Shown piece by piece: positions 62,121 to 64,000 of a DNA stretch of 64,000 bases (positions within the stretch are counted from its first letter, which is position 1; every line of letters starts with the position of its first letter). The position numbers and the translations under genes were made by a program. The DNA is from Raja brachyura. Its lineage: Eukaryota. Under the pieces are notes generated by a model. The model was given only the letters and a program-made list of their open reading frames with translations. It was not told the origin of the DNA and did not search any database. Location of the stretch: positions 7,750,001 through 7,814,000 of the forward strand of contig OY740814.1 in assembly GCA_963514005.1 (NCBI GenBank), given 5' to 3'.

Positions 62121-63409
62121 ACTTTGCTAGGTGCTGCAAAATGACAATTTTGGCTTAGAATACATACTTAAAGCTGAACACAAGAACATAAATCAGAGCA
62201 GCCCATCCCGCTCCTCATGCCTGGTTCATCCTTCTAATAAAGTTGTAACTAATATTATAATCTAAGCTACTTTCCTGCACATCCCTTGATTCCTTTGTTT
62301 TGTATATCCACAGAACATCCACCGTCCTGAACTCAAAGCAGGAGTTGTGTCAACTGTATTCAGCCTACAGTTGTATTATACAAATCTGATTTATAATCAA
62401 AAAGTCACAACTAAATTTAGTTTTGTAAAAACTCTAATGAGTAAAAGCCAGCATTTGGTGCAGGGAATGTTTGACACAGCGTAACCATGTCGCACATTTC
62501 TCTGCTACTGCAACTCTCACCAAAATTCGGTTACGTTTGCATTAATTCAAATAGCACAAGTTCATTAAAAGGACGAACGCATTAGATCTCTTAGGAATTA
62601 TCAACCACTGTTGATGACAAAAGCCTATTAAGGCACAACATTTACTGAAGTGGTTACAGACATTTATTTAGCCTGTGAAGGAAATTTGGTTCCGTTTTGT
62701 ACTTATAAACTGCAAGACCTGGTTTCAATGAATTGTACTGTATGATCTAATCCCTCTGCCTCATCATTCTCATCCAAAATAAACACTGCAGTTACCGACT
62801 ATGTGTTATGCAGTATCCCAGATTGCATCTGTGCATAGTTTTGTTCTGGCACAATTGCAGTACTATAACAACAAGTTATGGAAACCTGTTGGAAATTCTG
62901 AAGGGGGTCACAGTCAGACTGTTTCAGCACCATGATTTATTAATGTGATCAAGTCAGCAAGCAGCACACAACATATTACAGCATCAGCCAATCCCTACCG
63001 TCACAGCAATAAAAATGGCAATAGTTTCTTCCCTTGAAAAAGAACAGGGAGATATCGGATTGTGCTTATACTCACGATTAATCAAAAATCATGTGAGAGC
63101 TGCAGAGCTGTGGTGTACGAGGGGTGGTGGGGAGAAGATGAACTACACAGGTATTTGCTTAGGGCGAGAAGCCAGTAAAGAATTAATGCAGCAGTAGCAA
63201 GCACCGACCCGTGCAACTATCGCAAGGCTTAGACACAAGTTAATTTGGCCTTAGCACACACCGACGGAATGACAGGAGCCGCTGCATCACTGCCTCCTAC
63301 ATTACCACTGGAGGGCGAGGGGGGTGAGGAGAGGGGCAATGGGCATGAGGAGGGAGAGGTGTAGGGTTGGGAATTGGAAGAGGAGGGAGATAACAATAAG
63401 TATGGGGAT

Positions 63410-64000
63410 GGGTGGGATGGAGGACAGGGGTAGGGTCAGTGATAGGGTGACAGCAGAGAAGGAGGATGGGGTGGGGAAGGATGGGTGGGGGTGGGGAAGG
63501 ATGGATGTGGGTGCGGATGGGGAAGGATGGGGGGGATGGGGATGGGGGTTGGTGAAGGTTATGGGGGGGTGGGGAAGAATGGGGGGGATGGGGAAGGATG
63601 GGGCAGGGGATGGGGAAGGATGGGGCGGGGGGTGGGGAAGGATGGGGCGGGGGGTGGGGAAGGATGGGGCGGGGGGTGGGGAAGGATGGGGCGGGGGGTG
63701 GGGAAGGATGGGGCGGGGGGTGGGGAAGGATGGGGCGGGGGGTGGGGAAGGATGGGGGGGCGGGGGAGGACGGGGATGGGGTGGGGGACGACGAGGACGG
63801 GGATGGGGTGGGGGAGGACGAGGACGGGGATGGGGTGGGGGAGGACGGGGATGGGGATGGGGAAGGATGGGGCGGGGGGTGGGGAAGGATGGGGGGTTGG
63901 GGGAGGACGGGGATGGGGTGGGGGACGACGAGGACGGGATGGGGTGGGGGAGGACGGGATGGATGGGGTGGGGGAGGACGGGGATGGAGGGGTGTGGGGG
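63410..64000 (+). repeat. G-rich minisatellite running off the window edge
   Basis: Six perfect copies of the 22-mer TGGGGAAGGATGGGGCGGGGGG at 63611-63742, with variant units on both sides. Confidence 0.93.

Noticed and set aside
42475-64000. DMXL2 exon 1 or a second gene
   Set aside because: I found no segment encoding the expected MHLHQVLTGAVNPGD-like N-terminus and no other spliced coding signal; the short ORFs map to repeats or look random

Overview
Eukaryotic (vertebrate) genomic DNA, not prokaryotic. The repeat families (HE1-type V-SINEs, DeuSINE remnants, CR1 LINEs) point to a cartilaginous fish, probably a skate or ray (inference). The whole window lies inside one minus-strand gene, DMXL2 (Rabconnectin-3 alpha, a WD40/RAVE-type V-ATPase assembly scaffold). 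I could delimit 20 coding exons (equivalent to human exons 2-21, 4850 nt in total) with GT..AG ends and a continuous reading frame from 42474 down to 550. Exon 1 lies beyond the right edge (intron 1 is over 21 kb) and the 3' exons lie beyond the left edge. The introns are full of transposon relics: CR1, Rex1/Babar, RTE, Penelope-like, SINEs, and hAT, Harbinger and Tc1 non-autonomous elements. The most notable signal is an abundant short Penelope-derived element carrying a minimal hammerhead-ribozyme-like core. It inserts with 14-17 bp target-site duplications and repeatedly forms fold-back palindromes, one of which copied flanking host DNA. Other points of interest are an atypical GAG/TG splice acceptor, local duplications bracketing exons, and a CLEAR/M-box plus CCAAT cluster in intron 1. 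Exon numbers and homologies come from recalled human DMXL1/DMXL2 sequences, not from a search. Repeat boundaries are approximate unless a TSD is given.
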